Shown here in pieces: positions 17,315 to 27,212 of a stretch of DNA of 64,000 nt; the first letter of the stretch is position 1; each line of letters begins with the position of its first letter. A program made the translations under genes and the position numbers. The DNA is from a virus (taxonomy: Duplodnaviria > Caudoviricetes), in IMG/VR virus record IMGVR_UViG_3300020577_010904, positions 34,043 to 98,042 of that record; one strand, 5' to 3'. The notes beneath the pieces are model-generated. The model ran no database searches and was not told where the DNA came from. It saw only the letters and a program-made list of their open reading frames with translations.

Positions 17315-17971
17315 ATGGGCAAGCGTTGTACACGGTGCGAAAAACAAAAACCGTTAAGTAAATTCTATCAGCACACAGACGGGCGTTATTACAGTCACTG
17401 CCGGGATTGCCACAAAAATCAGACACGAAAGCGGAAGCAGACACAATCACAGTCGCAGGCGAAAGGTCGCCGTGCGGCTTCGCGTGAAGTGAAAGAGGCT
17501 AAACGACGAGCCGTACTGTGTAACGGGAAAACTTGCTCAAAATGTAAAGAGCCTAAGCCAGCTACCGAGTTTTACAAGTCCACGATGAACAGTGACGGAT
17601 TCTCCAGTCACTGTCGGCACTGTCAGAAGCTCATGACGCGAGCTTGGCAGGCAAAAAATCTCGATAAAATTCGTGAATACCAAGGGCAGTGGCGCGATGC
17701 GAATCGGGAGCACTCACGGCACCTTGGACGTAAGTCTCGCGCTTTTAAGAAGTATGGACTCTCTTTAGAAGAATATGAAAAAAGGCTTGGCGACGGTCGT
17801 TGTGACATTTGTGGCAAGCCGCAAAAGAAACCAGGCTTGGATCATTGTCACCGGACCGGGCAACTACGCGGCGTGCTGTGCCACAGTTGCAATGTTGGTA
17901 TCGGATTTTTTAAGGATGACCCGAAGTTACTTGCGGCGGCTATCGCATATCTGAAAAAGTTTAACGAGTGA
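17315..17971 (+). CDS. HNH / endonuclease VII-family endonuclease with two N-terminal Zn-finger repeats
   Basis: CxxC..K...FY....HCxxC occurs twice, then CDICGK...LDHCHRTGQLRGVLCHSCNVGIGFFKDD. Confidence 0.9.
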   Translation: MGKRCTRCEKQKPLSKFYQHTDGRYYSHCRDCHKNQTRKRKQTQSQSQAKGRRAASREVKEAKRRAVLCNGKTCSKCKEPKPATEFYKSTMNSDGFSSHCRHCQKLMTRAWQAKNLDKIREYQGQWRDANREHSRHLGRKSRAFKKYGLSLEEYEKRLGDGRCDICGKPQKKPGLDHCHRTGQLRGVLCHSCNVGIGFFKDDPKLLAAAIAYLKKFNE

Positions 17972-18257
17972 CCTTGACGGTCGCCGGCTTACCCTTGTGG
18001 ACAGTCGGGCGGTAGAACCGGAGCTGCCGTGCGTTTAAGACTTCTTTGATCACGTTGGCGGCATTGCTTGGTAGTCCGGCCAACGTCATCTTGATTGCGG
18101 CATAGTCGATCGCGCTTGTGCTACCGCAGCAGGTCTGGCGCCCAGGCACAGTAGCCGGATTACGCAGACTTGGGATCGCAGCGAGCACACGTTGATCGGT
18201 GAGCAGTCGATCGATAATGCCGTTATCGATAACGATCAGGTCTTGTCGTTCAGGCAT
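17961..18257 (-). CDS. Hypothetical protein, last gene of the virion operon
   Basis: 98-aa ORF 2 nt after the upstream stop, with a CCG motif. Confidence 0.6.
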   Translation of the reverse strand: MPERQDLIVIDNGIIDRLLTDQRVLAAIPSLRNPATVPGRQTCCGSTSAIDYAAIKMTLAGLPSNAANVIKEVLNARQLRFYRPTVHKGKPATVKVTR

Positions 18258-18259
18258 GA

Positions 18260-18667
18260 TTACCCCGCAAATGAATCGCCAGGCTCGACCCCGAACTCGA
18301 CGGCTTCGGAGTCGTGCAAAACTTCCAGCGCCTCCATCGTGGTGCAGAGGGTCGCCAGTTCATCCTGCAGAAGGGTCCACGCACTGGTCATCTCTGTCAA
18401 GCAGGGAAAGAGCAGGTCGAAGCTGTCGTGGCGCAACCAGGGCGGTTCAGCATCGGCCAGAGGCTCGCCGATAGGCCAGTCGACCATATCCTTTGGGCTG
18501 CAAACACCTTGGAAAAAGGCTTCGCGATCAGTTTCACCGTCACGGAGTGGCGCCGCCAAGTACAGGAAGACATTCGGATCAATGTCGACAGCTGCGGTCA
18601 CATGTACCACCAAGCGGTGGTAATGGCCGAATGTTGACGTCTCTTTACTGACTCGAATGTGGGGCAT
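18260..18667 (-). CDS. Hypothetical protein
   Basis: 135-aa ORF in the operon. Confidence 0.65.
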   Translation of the reverse strand: MPHIRVSKETSTFGHYHRLVVHVTAAVDIDPNVFLYLAAPLRDGETDREAFFQGVCSPKDMVDWPIGEPLADAEPPWLRHDSFDLLFPCLTEMTSAWTLLQDELATLCTTMEALEVLHDSEAVEFGVEPGDSFAG

Positions 18668-20546
18668 TTCCGGTTTCCGCTGGGTGGGCTTCAGTGAGGC
18701 CGCGGCGATCGACAGCGGACCATTTTACGATTTCCTTGTGCTGGCTGAAACGGCAGATTTTGAAGCCTCCCTGGTGCAGCTGACAGCCAATCGTGACATC
18801 TCCCTTGTTATGCCCCAGGCGAACGTCTGGAATATCGCAGGTCAGGATTGCCTCTCGAGACAGTGCCCAGAAGCTCCCGGAGGCCATGTTGACCAGTGTA
18901 CGGGTGCCGTGGTGTAGCCAAGGCTTGTCTCGGTACCAAGACGCTTCGGCACACCAACGCTTCCAGGCGGGTGTCAGGCCGTAGTAGTACAACGGCCCCC
19001 AACAGGCAACCTGCGGATCTTGACAGTTGACGATCTCGGTGACGAGCTTGTGCAACCACTCGGGATCGGTGTCACAGAATGTGTCATCGTCAAACCAAAC
19101 AACCCAACGGGTCTCGATCGGCGTATTGTGAAACAGGTTTCGCATAACCGGATATTTACGCCGGTTTTCCGGAGAAATGTCCGTAAGCTGGATGTCTCCG
19201 GACTCGCGCAACAGATCAATATACTCCAACGTCTTCTGCCCCAGTTGGTTGCCGCCGATCCGGAGTTCAACTCGTTCTGCGGCCGTGGTGCTCAGGATTG
19301 AATCCAGGCAGCGTTTGTGCATCGGGAAGAAGTCACCGTACATCATGACACAGATCGTCACGCGACCTCCGATCTTCGGATGATCGAAGGCTTCGTGTGG
19401 TGTCAGCAGCGCTCTCGTTGGAAGTGTGGTCCTGGTGATTACATTGGCGGACGTTTGGGCGCTGGTAGGCGCCGGGATGGATTTGATTTCAAGCGTGGTA
19501 CCGTCCGCGCGCAACACGCTCAAGGGCTCATTGACTGGCAGTAATGTTGGCATCAGATTCCTCAGTTCTTGCAGGTTTGAATTATGCGGCGGAATCGTAC
19601 CATCCAGGTAGTACGAGAGCACGCTATCCAAAACCTTTTCCGGTGTGATCAGGCTCATGCAGGCCGCTTCGTTTTTGTCAGCCACATAAGTTTGCTGGGT
19701 ACAGACCTTGTCAGACTTGTGCTTTCGACTAGCGAAGAGGGCGCACTTAAAGCAGCCGGTCCGTTCGCAACAGCTTAGCATTCCAAATGTGTGCAGATAA
19801 CGATGTGGCACCCGGATCGTGTGACTTGCCGGCCCGAAGCCTTCGTTTTCGTTCACGTAGGCTTCCCACCACCAAGACTCACGGCCGCCGGCCATGACCA
19901 CGCAAGGCTTCTCTAGTGCGGCTGCGATGTGCATACCTTGAGTGATGCCGCAGATGACCCCCTCGGAGTCGCGGATCAGCGCAAACAGATCGCGAATGCT
20001 GGTCTTACCAACCAGGTTCTGTACGTCAGCCAGGCACGGGTTCACCATGTCCTCACGTCCGACTTGTACGCAGCTGATCCCCCACCCTGTGAGTCGGTCG
20101 ATCAGCTGCTGCCAGTAGACGTCGGGCCAGGCCTTTAGCGGAATGTCCCGCTTATGGCCGGGGAAGATGACCCAGTACGGACCTTTTACGGGTGGGTGCT
20201 TCTCGTCAGCTCGGACGTGTAGGTCTGGTCGTGGCAGTGTAGGCGTTAAGGTGACACCCAGCGCCTGACCAAGGATGTTGTGGAAACCCTTCAGGAAGTG
20301 GGTATGCTCCGGCCCACGGCTCGCGCGGGTCATTTCCTTTCCGTACGACAAATCGATCTGTTCACAACTTGGGATCGGTTCAACGACGTGCGGGTTGTTG
20401 TACCAGACGGAATGAGTGTTGGTTGCAACCGAGATACGAAACCGCCCGGGATGCTGGAGGGCCAGATCCCGAACGGCGCCGGTCAGTACGACTGAATCGC
20501 CAGGCGCATTTTTCAGCGCAATCACGATTGGTTTCAGGTTACTCAT
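18645..20546 (-). CDS. Glycosyltransferase fusion: GT9 (heptosyltransferase-like) plus C-terminal GT-A domain
   Basis: [18 protein letters not shown] and [15 protein letters not shown]...[13 protein letters not shown] indicate GT9. VVWFDDD is a DxD motif in the second domain. Confidence 0.85.
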   Translation of the reverse strand: MSNLKPIVIALKNAPGDSVVLTGAVRDLALQHPGRFRISVATNTHSVWYNNPHVVEPIPSCEQIDLSYGKEMTRASRGPEHTHFLKGFHNILGQALGVTLTPTLPRPDLHVRADEKHPPVKGPYWVIFPGHKRDIPLKAWPDVYWQQLIDRLTGWGISCVQVGREDMVNPCLADVQNLVGKTSIRDLFALIRDSEGVICGITQGMHIAAALEKPCVVMAGGRESWWWEAYVNENEGFGPASHTIRVPHRYLHTFGMLSCCERTGCFKCALFASRKHKSDKVCTQQTYVADKNEAACMSLITPEKVLDSVLSYYLDGTIPPHNSNLQELRNLMPTLLPVNEPLSVLRADGTTLEIKSIPAPTSAQTSANVITRTTLPTRALLTPHEAFDHPKIGGRVTICVMMYGDFFPMHKRCLDSILSTTAAERVELRIGGNQLGQKTLEYIDLLRESGDIQLTDISPENRRKYPVMRNLFHNTPIETRWVVWFDDDTFCDTDPEWLHKLVTEIVNCQDPQVACWGPLYYYGLTPAWKRWCAEASWYRDKPWLHHGTRTLVNMASGSFWALSREAILTCDIPDVRLGHNKGDVTIGCQLHQGGFKICRFSQHKEIVKWSAVDRRGLTEAHPAETGNAPHSSQ

Positions 20547-21410
20547 AAGCCGATTGCCAGAAGGCAGAATTCCTTTTCATCTGCTCGTCAGTGAATCGGC
20601 GGAAACGCTGACCAGCACACCCTCTGCGGATACCACGGATGCTGAGTGTAACGGTCGTTGGGCGCGTTCCGCTACTCTCTGGAATGAGATTTTCCAGGCG
20701 GATCTGTGCCAAATGGACCTCGGGTTGGCGTGGTAGCACCTTGGCCCCAAACAGCGCTGGTGCGTCAGGCACGATACTAACAACGCGAATGCTGCCTTCT
20801 TCGACGGTCTCGCAGAAGATTGGATCGATCATGATGTACTGCACGCGGGTGCTCACAGGCACTGTGAGCACATCGTCGAACCACACTTCCGGACTTTCCA
20901 CGCAGACCATCCCGGTCGGACCCTGGCTGGTTTGTACGATAGCGTACTTTTGTCCTGGTGGACCGGGCGGTCCTTGAGGACCATCTGAGCCGTCACGACC
21001 TGGTGGGCCTGGTGGCCCTCCTGGTCCGCGCGGACCCTGCGGACCGCGAGGCCCTTGTGGTCCCTGTGGTCCTTGCGGCCCCTGTGGACCTTGTGGTCCC
21101 TGTGGACCTTGTGGTCCCTGCGGTCCTTGAGGCCCCTGTGGTCCCTGCGGTCCTTGAGGCCCCTGCGGTCCTTGTGGTCCTTGTGGTCCCTGCGGCCCTT
21201 GTGGACCTTGTGGCCCATCTGGTCCCTGCGGTCCTACTGGTCCCTGCGGACCTCCGGTCCTTGAGGTCCGGTAATGACGGTACCGTTCGGAACCTCGGGT
21301 GGTGGAGTAACCGAGACCTGTGGGTTAGGAATGTGGCAATCAATATGAATTTCGGGGATCTGTGGGATCACCGGCAGATTGCAGCGTGACGTATCGAAGG
21401 CCAGCGTCAT
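20539..21410 (-). CDS. Collagen-like fibre protein, interrupted by a 1-nt frameshift at about 21252
   Basis: ATG 21410 gives [10 protein letters not shown]...ITGPQGP. About 34 G-X-Y triplets in the -1 frame then run into the C-terminal [13 protein letters not shown] domain. Confidence 0.8.
20947..21270 (-). repeat. 9-bp-period tandem repeat encoding (Gly-Pro-Gln)n
   Basis: GGN CCN CAR units visible directly in the sequence. Confidence 0.95.
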
Positions 21411-21412
21411 GG

Positions 21413-22342
21413 TTAGCCCCCTTGGTTAGCGAGGAATGACGCATCAATAGTCACGTTGATTTTATGCGGATCCGTTTGGTCCCTTAAAACAGAAATCATG
21501 TTAGATCCGCGAATGATCACGCGAGGACCGCCCACGCCGTTGATTGTCTTAATCGTCTCACTGCACTTCGGCCCGCCGCTCAACAGTGAGCTGCCTTCTG
21601 GTGGTTCTTCGTCTACCACAACAGGGAGTTCGGCACAGGGTTCACCATCGCCATCACCAACACCGGCCGCGAAGACCAGTCCGTTGTTTGTCAGGTCGTA
21701 TGTGATTGAGCAGTTCTTACCTTCGACGAAACGCATCGGCCCTTGCATACACTGGGCATTAACCAGGTACGGTCGCGGTTCTCCTGGAACGTCTGTGGTT
21801 CGGACACGCCGTTGATTCGCCAGGTTGACCGAGCGCACATAGGCGTTGTCCAGATTGCGAATTAGAGCTGGTTCGATGACGTGCTGATCCATGATCAGTG
21901 TCAGTGGGGTAGCTGGCGCCCATTCCACGAAATCTTCTGTGTTTCCGACAACAATGAAGCCGGCCCAAAGCAGTTGATCAGTACAACCACCAGCGACAGG
22001 ATTCGCCCCGTCGCCATAAGCCTCCGCAAAGACGATTGTTGACTCACCAGCGTTTCGCGGTACGGTGAAGTTTAATGGGACATCTTCAAGACCCGGTGCG
22101 GTACAGGCAAACTCCAACAACAGATTTTCGCTGTCATAACTCACACGATTCAACCAGGTGACGTGTCCAGCTACGTGGCCGCTTGCAATGTAGCCCGAAT
22201 AGGCAAACATCGTGAAACCGCAGGCCAAAAGCACACTGTCTGGGATTTGTTGTGTTGCTTCAGGTGCGGACTCAATCGCAGCGGTACTCAGGAACGGGTA
22301 CCGGCGAAATTTATTGTCGTCGTAAAATGACGTCCTTGCCAT
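21413..22342 (-). CDS. Baseplate/tail-associated protein, paralog 5
   Basis: N-terminal FYDDNKFRRYPF and C-terminal KTINGV. Confidence 0.7.
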   Translation of the reverse strand: MARTSFYDDNKFRRYPFLSTAAIESAPEATQQIPDSVLLACGFTMFAYSGYIASGHVAGHVTWLNRVSYDSENLLLEFACTAPGLEDVPLNFTVPRNAGESTIVFAEAYGDGANPVAGGCTDQLLWAGFIVVGNTEDFVEWAPATPLTLIMDQHVIEPALIRNLDNAYVRSVNLANQRRVRTTDVPGEPRPYLVNAQCMQGPMRFVEGKNCSITYDLTNNGLVFAAGVGDGDGEPCAELPVVVDEEPPEGSSLLSGGPKCSETIKTINGVGGPRVIIRGSNMISVLRDQTDPHKINVTIDASFLANQGG

Positions 22343-22350
22343 TTTTAATC

Positions 22351-23103
22351 CTACGGCATCGCTAGGCCGATCACGATTGCACCTGTGTCATCGACATAGA
22401 TCCGCAAAGCAGGCTTGGTCGACAATGTTCGTCCTACCTGGATTGTGAATCCACCCCAATCCGTTGGGGGAATTCCGTTAATCGTCTGCAAGAACACTGG
22501 TGCGGAGAAAGTCGCTGTGTTGGCACAAGTTAAGCGCACAAACAACGGCTCTCCGACGATGTCCACGCGGATCATGTTATCGTCTGTTCTGGTTAGCTGA
22601 ACCCCATTTTCACCAACCAACCAAACATCGTTGGGTAGTGGAAGGTGGGTTGTGTCTGCAAAATCGCGAACGCCAGGCTCGGGCGATGGCACGATAACGC
22701 TTGCCACAAAGTCCACCGCGCCCGGTCGAAAGGTCACGGTGCTAATTGCAAACTGTCGTAATGCGGTGAGTGAATTCACATCCGCCAGGAGCACGCCAGC
22801 CGGGCGGCCATAACTGTCAAATAAAGACACTGTGCCGTCCGGGCCACTCTCCAAGTTGATTGTGCCAGTACAGACCGTAAGGCTGTTTGCGGTCCGGCCA
22901 ATCGTGATGGTCATCTCTGCGCCGTCGATATGAATTTCCGTAACTGAAAGTGCGGCAGTGACGGTCGGAGCATAGATCAAAGCGTCGATCAACCAATGTT
23001 CAAATAGCTGATGCCCTTCCGTGGAAACAAGAGTCGACGAATCCGTAAACGGATACCGTGACTGCTTATTCTCGTCGCGAAACTGGGGATGCAGGATGCG
23101 CAT
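22351..23103 (-). CDS. Baseplate/tail-associated protein, paralog 4
   Basis: Start MRILHPQFRDENKQSRYPF at a TAATG overlap, and C-terminal QTINGIPP. Confidence 0.7.
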   Translation of the reverse strand: MRILHPQFRDENKQSRYPFTDSSTLVSTEGHQLFEHWLIDALIYAPTVTAALSVTEIHIDGAEMTITIGRTANSLTVCTGTINLESGPDGTVSLFDSYGRPAGVLLADVNSLTALRQFAISTVTFRPGAVDFVASVIVPSPEPGVRDFADTTHLPLPNDVWLVGENGVQLTRTDDNMIRVDIVGEPLFVRLTCANTATFSAPVFLQTINGIPPTDWGGFTIQVGRTLSTKPALRIYVDDTGAIVIGLAMP

Positions 23104-24734
23104 TAGAATGAGTTCAAATAAAGGTGAGTGAAGTAGGTGTTCGAGCCCTGACTGAAGTATCCATACTGGCCCGTGTTGATTCCGAAACCGGACATGCTTA
23201 ACACTTGAGCTGTAGCGCTGATGTCTGGTCGAACAATTTCTGGCGGTGATAATGGGTGGTTTGCATTGAAGAAGCTGGCGAAGATATCTACACGTCCGGC
23301 GGCCACACTTGGTCGAATTTGAACCTTCAGGTTGTACCAAATGTTGTGACTAAGCACGTGTGTGAATTCTGAGCCTGTGCCACTCAAATTGACCGCAACG
23401 GCTGGGGTCAACCACAATCCGGCGGCCATGCGTTGAATTGTGAATTGCTGTGTTTTGAAATCCAAAAAGACGGCAGTCATATTGGTCAGCTCGCCAACAC
23501 GACGATAATCAAGTACCAAACCAATTTTGGCATCTTCCAGCGTGTTGGTTCGCATCACAGTCTGGATTTCCAGATTGACGTTTTCCATGTAGGCCGGATC
23601 GTTGAACACGTTGATGTTCTGGTACGTGCTGTATGGCGAGAACATCATACGGCGTTGAGATGACAACTCCCCAGGAATGGCAGTACAGCGCACGTAGTTA
23701 AACTCGTCGAAATTCGCCAAATTCCAGCTGCCCGCTTTCGCGGTAAATGGTGCTGGCAGATTTGAATAGAATCGCACGCAATGCGGATACGTTGGCACGA
23801 GAACGCTTGAAGAACTCTCGCCACCAGGAGAACTGGTGCCTGAGTCACTTGGTCCTCCGTCGTCATGACTGATGCTGTGCGAGATCGAGTCATCGCTGAT
23901 CGCGGAATCGCAAAAGTTTTGATCCGGCTCGTCTGTCACTGGTGTGATCGGGCAGATCGCGGGCAATGACAAGTCTGTGTTCAACAGCAGCCCGTGGGGT
24001 AGGTTGATCACGGTCATGTCTGGGAATGACATCTGGATATTGCCGTCTGCGTCTGGCACGACTTCATTGATCGCTTGAATCGGCGGTTTGATGCAGTTGT
24101 CGCTTTCGGGACGGACGCCACACGGACCAACATATTTTGGCAAGATGACATTTGGATCGCCGGTCAGGCGAAACACGATACAATCACGATCCTCTCCGAG
24201 AATTGGTCGCGTGGTGCGCACGATTTCCAAATCACGGCCAGCGATTAACTTCACCACATCCTGCAGCTTATACTCATCCAACGGTTTGGATGCCCACGGA
24301 ACTGGAAAGTCCAAATACGAGCGGCCCACACCGGATAAAAGAAGGCCTTGTCGCGGAGTTGCGAACGATCCGGAGTATTCATTGTTGGCCAGGTTCCCGA
24401 AGACCACCCAACCAGCAATACCAGGAGCAAGGCCTGTCAGTTGGTAGGCGCGCCCTTCGGACACCGGCTGTGAGAGTACCAGTGTCGCGATAGGATTCAA
24501 TGTTGCGGCGTCTAAGTCATCACCGGCGCTAATAGCCACGCTGACATTGGTTTTAGATACGTGGACGGCACTCAGAAATGCGTACTTGCCTTTGCTACGT
24601 GGATAATGCAGTGCCATGTCGACAATCAACCCGTTCGGCATCAGGGTGCCGTCTGTGCTCAGACCGGTAGCGAGATCATCCAGCGGATAACCACGGGTCG
24701 AGTTCAGGTTGTAAAAATTGTTGCCGATCGTCAC
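23103..24734 (-). CDS. Baseplate/tail-associated protein, paralog 3, with an extra beta-rich C-terminal domain
   Basis: FYNLNSTRGYPL, AINEVVPDADGNI, a Ser-rich linker, then a possible lectin-like domain. Confidence 0.7.
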   Translation of the reverse strand: MTIGNNFYNLNSTRGYPLDDLATGLSTDGTLMPNGLIVDMALHYPRSKGKYAFLSAVHVSKTNVSVAISAGDDLDAATLNPIATLVLSQPVSEGRAYQLTGLAPGIAGWVVFGNLANNEYSGSFATPRQGLLLSGVGRSYLDFPVPWASKPLDEYKLQDVVKLIAGRDLEIVRTTRPILGEDRDCIVFRLTGDPNVILPKYVGPCGVRPESDNCIKPPIQAINEVVPDADGNIQMSFPDMTVINLPHGLLLNTDLSLPAICPITPVTDEPDQNFCDSAISDDSISHSISHDDGGPSDSGTSSPGGESSSSVLVPTYPHCVRFYSNLPAPFTAKAGSWNLANFDEFNYVRCTAIPGELSSQRRMMFSPYSTYQNINVFNDPAYMENVNLEIQTVMRTNTLEDAKIGLVLDYRRVGELTNMTAVFLDFKTQQFTIQRMAAGLWLTPAVAVNLSGTGSEFTHVLSHNIWYNLKVQIRPSVAAGRVDIFASFFNANHPLSPPEIVRPDISATAQVLSMSGFGINTGQYGYFSQGSNTYFTHLYLNSF

Positions 24735-26230
24735 GAGATTGCCTCTGTAATCGTAAACGTCTCTGCCGTCTTGCCGACCGGAACGTCTCCGGTGTCACAA
24801 TGCGCTGTCGCCTCCAGGCTAAACGTACCTGTCGGCGGCGAGCCTGGTGGCGGTACCAGCCAGATCAACACAAAATGGATCCTAACAGTTGCGCCGGCAA
24901 TAAGTTCAGGCCAAGTTGTGCTCAGCGTAGGATAAGAGGCGTCATACCAGTTTGTCACCTTCCCGGCTTCATCGACTTTGTAGCTGCCGGCCCTGGCAAT
25001 ATAGGGTGAGCCCCCACCAGTGAAGCCCATTGTCGCTTCAAGCACCAGGTTCTGATAACAATGCTTCGTATTATTGGTGACCTGCAGGGTGACTGCGATT
25101 GTGGTTGCCTGGAAGTCAGCACCGCCAGTCACAGCACCTGTGATCGCTTTCGCGCAACCATCGGCCGCGCGGCCGACATCGGTTGCCAACAATTCGAACT
25201 GATCCCGATCGTACTCAGCCCGATGCGCAATGCGGAATAAGTTGTTGTAGATGTCCGTCAGTTCGCGGTACGTGCTGACATAAGCATCACAGGGCCGGCA
25301 TTGGCCACAGTGATTACCAATCTGCAGTGCGTTGGGGATGATATTTGTCGGGTTTCCGATCGCGTATGGCGGTGCCACATAGATACAGGCTTCACCATTC
25401 AGCAAGAAGTCGCCTTTGGCTGTTGGCCGCACTGTGTCGATCGTACGCAATCCAAGCTCTTCGGTCGGAACGCAGCCAGGATACAAACCCTCGCCGGCGC
25501 CTGCGACCGCAGCAAACTGTAGTGTTTGCTCTTGGACCACAGTGTCGCCCGCCGAGCCGATCAACATGGTTGTGTCAATGAACGTGAGACCTCGACCGCT
25601 GACTGGGTTTCCCGAGATTTCCATGTTCCAGCCGGCCTGCAGGACAATGTCGCCGGACAACACCTCGTCACCAACTTGAATCGAAAGCAATCGTGCAGGC
25701 ATGAGGTCGTGTGTGCGCTCGTCCAGGATGCCGTTATCTGGCACAATGGAGCTTGGGATTGACCCTTCGAAGTTGTTTGGCAAATTCAGATGCTGCACTG
25801 CGCGACAAACGCGACTGCCGATGACTGAGAATGTCCACTCGTGAATGAAGAAGCGGCGACCGAAACGGACGCCTCGGTACGCGAGTGCGTTGCGTGTGTC
25901 CAGGATTGTGAGATTGTTGACGTCCTTTACCACAAGATCGGTCAGATGTTGTCCGGGCAGATTGGTAATGCCGTTTGGTACGCGATCAAAGTTCAACATC
26001 AGACTAATGTGGAAAGGTCCGACCGCATCGGTCAAATAGTGGGCAATCCAAAGGTCAGCCAGCAAATGTTTGACGTTATCGCTGGGTGCCACAAATGGAT
26101 AGTTAGACCCTTCAAACTCGACACCTGTACCACGACCACCGTCAGCATTCGGAGCAAACGTAGCGAGCGCGGGTTCAAACCCGAACATGCCTGGCGTAAA
26201 GTAGATTGGGAAGAAGCTGCGTGAGAACAT
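24731..26230 (-). CDS. Baseplate/tail-associated protein, paralog 2
   Basis: NYPF, RTIDTVRPTAKGDF, CGQCRPC, a helical segment and a beta-rich end. Confidence 0.7.
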   Translation of the reverse strand: MFSRSFFPIYFTPGMFGFEPALATFAPNADGGRGTGVEFEGSNYPFVAPSDNVKHLLADLWIAHYLTDAVGPFHISLMLNFDRVPNGITNLPGQHLTDLVVKDVNNLTILDTRNALAYRGVRFGRRFFIHEWTFSVIGSRVCRAVQHLNLPNNFEGSIPSSIVPDNGILDERTHDLMPARLLSIQVGDEVLSGDIVLQAGWNMEISGNPVSGRGLTFIDTTMLIGSAGDTVVQEQTLQFAAVAGAGEGLYPGCVPTEELGLRTIDTVRPTAKGDFLLNGEACIYVAPPYAIGNPTNIIPNALQIGNHCGQCRPCDAYVSTYRELTDIYNNLFRIAHRAEYDRDQFELLATDVGRAADGCAKAITGAVTGGADFQATTIAVTLQVTNNTKHCYQNLVLEATMGFTGGGSPYIARAGSYKVDEAGKVTNWYDASYPTLSTTWPELIAGATVRIHFVLIWLVPPPGSPPTGTFSLEATAHCDTGDVPVGKTAETFTITEAIS

Positions 26231-26243
26231 GTCGTATTAGTCC

Positions 26244-27185
26244 TCACTCACAAGTTCCGCAGCCCTTGAGACCGCTCATTGCCAGGTTAAGTTGGAGCTG
26301 CACCAGCGCACTGTCCAAGCGCTGCTGGAAGTTTGCGATTGTCGCCGCCGAGTTTCGCAGGCTTTGCATCGCGCGCAGGATCTCCTGCAGCTCGGTGTCC
26401 CCGCAACATGGCGTACAACATTCGTCCACGATCTTGAGTCCATATTGGATTGGTGTCAACTTGATGCACGGATCACCTACCAGTGTGAAGTTCTGATTAG
26501 CGTCACCGGGAATGTCGTTGATGGTTCGAATACAAGGCGGCAGTGTTTCAACACAGTCACAGGTTGTCGTGAACGTGGTGTCGAGTACAGCGTCAAAGCG
26601 GATGATTGGAGCCTGGCCAGAGACCCGGATCACGGTCAGCTTCATGTTATCGCCGGCTTGAAATACGGCCTGGTCGCGGATCTTACTGCTTCGCTGGCCG
26701 TTTTGCTCCACAATGAGTGCGCTCACTCCGCGGACAATTGGCCGAATACAGTCAGGATCCAGGGCGCCGCCCGCAGGATCAAATTTGTAGATACCAGCTG
26801 GTAGTTGAAGGATTGAATTCAGACGGCCGATCACCAGTTTACCGACGCTGTCATCAAAATCATCGATTCCAACCAGTGCGTATCGGGTGTTCTCATTCGT
26901 GTTCGTGACTGGCACGCTTGTGCTGGCCACGGTTGGCGGATCATCTGAGCCGTCGTCATAGCCCAGATCGACCAAGAATCCAGCGCCGATGATCCCGAGT
27001 GTTTTAAGGAAGAAGTTCTCGGCTTTGAGCCCAAGAACATTCCCAACAGGCCAGTACAGCTCAACCAGGAAATCATCAGGGACTTGAATCGAGTTACTCA
27101 AGTCCGTTTTGGTAGCGTGTTCGGCGAACGGATACGACCGTTGCGAATTCTGATTCAGCCACTCGAGATTCCAGTAACTGGGCAC
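26244..27185 (-). CDS. Baseplate/tail-associated protein, paralog 1
   Basis: WLNQNSQRSYPF, RTINDIPGDANQNF, CCTPCC and a coiled coil. Confidence 0.7.
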   Translation of the reverse strand: MPSYWNLEWLNQNSQRSYPFAEHATKTDLSNSIQVPDDFLVELYWPVGNVLGLKAENFFLKTLGIIGAGFLVDLGYDDGSDDPPTVASTSVPVTNTNENTRYALVGIDDFDDSVGKLVIGRLNSILQLPAGIYKFDPAGGALDPDCIRPIVRGVSALIVEQNGQRSSKIRDQAVFQAGDNMKLTVIRVSGQAPIIRFDAVLDTTFTTTCDCVETLPPCIRTINDIPGDANQNFTLVGDPCIKLTPIQYGLKIVDECCTPCCGDTELQEILRAMQSLRNSAATIANFQQRLDSALVQLQLNLAMSGLKGCGTCE

Positions 27186-27212
27186 CGTAAGCCTCCATGC
27201 TGCGGTTCATAA

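Noticed and set aside
20853-21389. Repetitive ORFs (DHK, TTR, WSL, VVP repeats) and a possible CRISPR-like array
   Set aside because: These are alternative frames of the 9-bp collagen repeat, and there are no unique spacers.
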